A stretch of 64,000 bases of DNA, taken from sequence record MW584153.1, one strand, 5' to 3'. Shown here piece by piece: positions 63,694 through 64,000 of the stretch (positions are counted from its first letter, which is position 1; every line of letters starts with the position of its first letter). Under the pieces are notes generated by a model that worked only from the letters and a program-made list of their open reading frames with translations, had not been told where the DNA came from and ran no database searches. Made by a program: the position numbers and the translations under genes. This DNA comes from Mycobacterium phage prophi79-1.

Positions 63694-64000
63694 TGCCGCG
63701 GCGTACTTCAACTAAGCCGGCCGCAGGTTCAACTGTCGCGGTCGCACCGTCATCTCTTCGCAACTACCACCGCAACCCTCGCAAGGGCAACGTGGATTCG
63801 GTGGTCGCAAGCCTCAAGGCCCATGGACAGTACCGCCCGATCACCGCCAACATCGGCACTCACACAGGCCGGCCAAACGAGGTGTTGGCCGGTAACCACA
63901 CGCTCAAGGCATTCCGCAAGCTCGCAGGCGATGAACCCGACGATGCCCGCTGGAACGAGATCCTGGTCCACTGGGTCGATGTCGACGACGATCAGGCCAA
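63693..64000 (+). CDS. second ParB N-terminal domain protein (paralog, truncated by window end)
   Basis: Start MPRRTSTKPAAG. Motif YHRNPRKGNVDSVVASLKAHGQYRPI ... AGNHTLKAF, about 55 percent identical to upstream paralog over the aligned part. Confidence 0.5.
   Translation, partial: MPRRTSTKPAAGSTVAVAPSSLRNYHRNPRKGNVDSVVASLKAHGQYRPITANIGTHTGRPNEVLAGNHTLKAFRKLAGDEPDDARWNEILVHWVDVDDDQA

Noticed and set aside
1-64000. CRISPR array or integrase/transposase search
   Set aside because: No direct-repeat/spacer array found. No protein with tyrosine-recombinase (R..HxxR..Y), serine-recombinase or DDE transposase signatures among ORFs. The tandem 120-bp repeat at 19960-20220 is coding.

Overview
The window is a GC-rich (about 65%) contiguous tailed-phage or prophage genome segment of siphovirus type, most likely from an actinobacterial host. 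A lysin B (mycolyl-arabinogalactan esterase-like) gene points to a mycolic-acid host such as Mycobacterium, Gordonia or Rhodococcus. From left to right the layout is as follows. (1) The 3' end of a tRNA plus two roughly 45-nt hairpin repeats. (2) A rightward virion module: an HK97-like capsid with a scaffold-like N-terminus, head-tail proteins, a tail tube protein, a 1980-aa tape measure, and minor tail proteins including a Gly-rich one. (3) Lysin A (M23 peptidase plus amidase_2) and lysin B. (4) A long leftward early/replication block: a RecB-family nuclease (RecE-like), an SF2 helicase, a Prim-Pol/AAA-helicase fusion, a DUF3310-like protein, DNA polymerase I, and many small genes. (5) A roughly 500-bp divergent switch region at 46.6-47.1 kb rich in TGTCA/TGACA half-sites. 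(6) A right arm dominated by leftward accessory genes: secreted proteins and lipoproteins, a Pro/Gln-rich membrane protein, and a three-gene candidate ESX/WXG-type polymorphic toxin plus lipoprotein-immunity cassette. (7) Two tandem rightward ParB-N-domain genes at the right edge. No integrase, terminase large subunit, portal or CRISPR array is visible in the window. The most striking non-genic signal is a family of at least seven roughly 80-bp modules that all drive leftward genes. Each has a sigma-A-like -35 (TTGACA/T), a 7-4-7 palindromic operator (TACCTAT-N4-ATAGGTA) in the spacer, a -10, and a conserved leader ending in a GGGA-N4-5-AACCC start-associated motif. Two of these modules sit at leftward gene cassettes embedded inside otherwise rightward virion and lysis operons. 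Gene starts were refined from the ORF track using operon coupling (ATGA/GTGA overlaps). Many antisense ORFs in the track are high-GC artefacts and were rejected.
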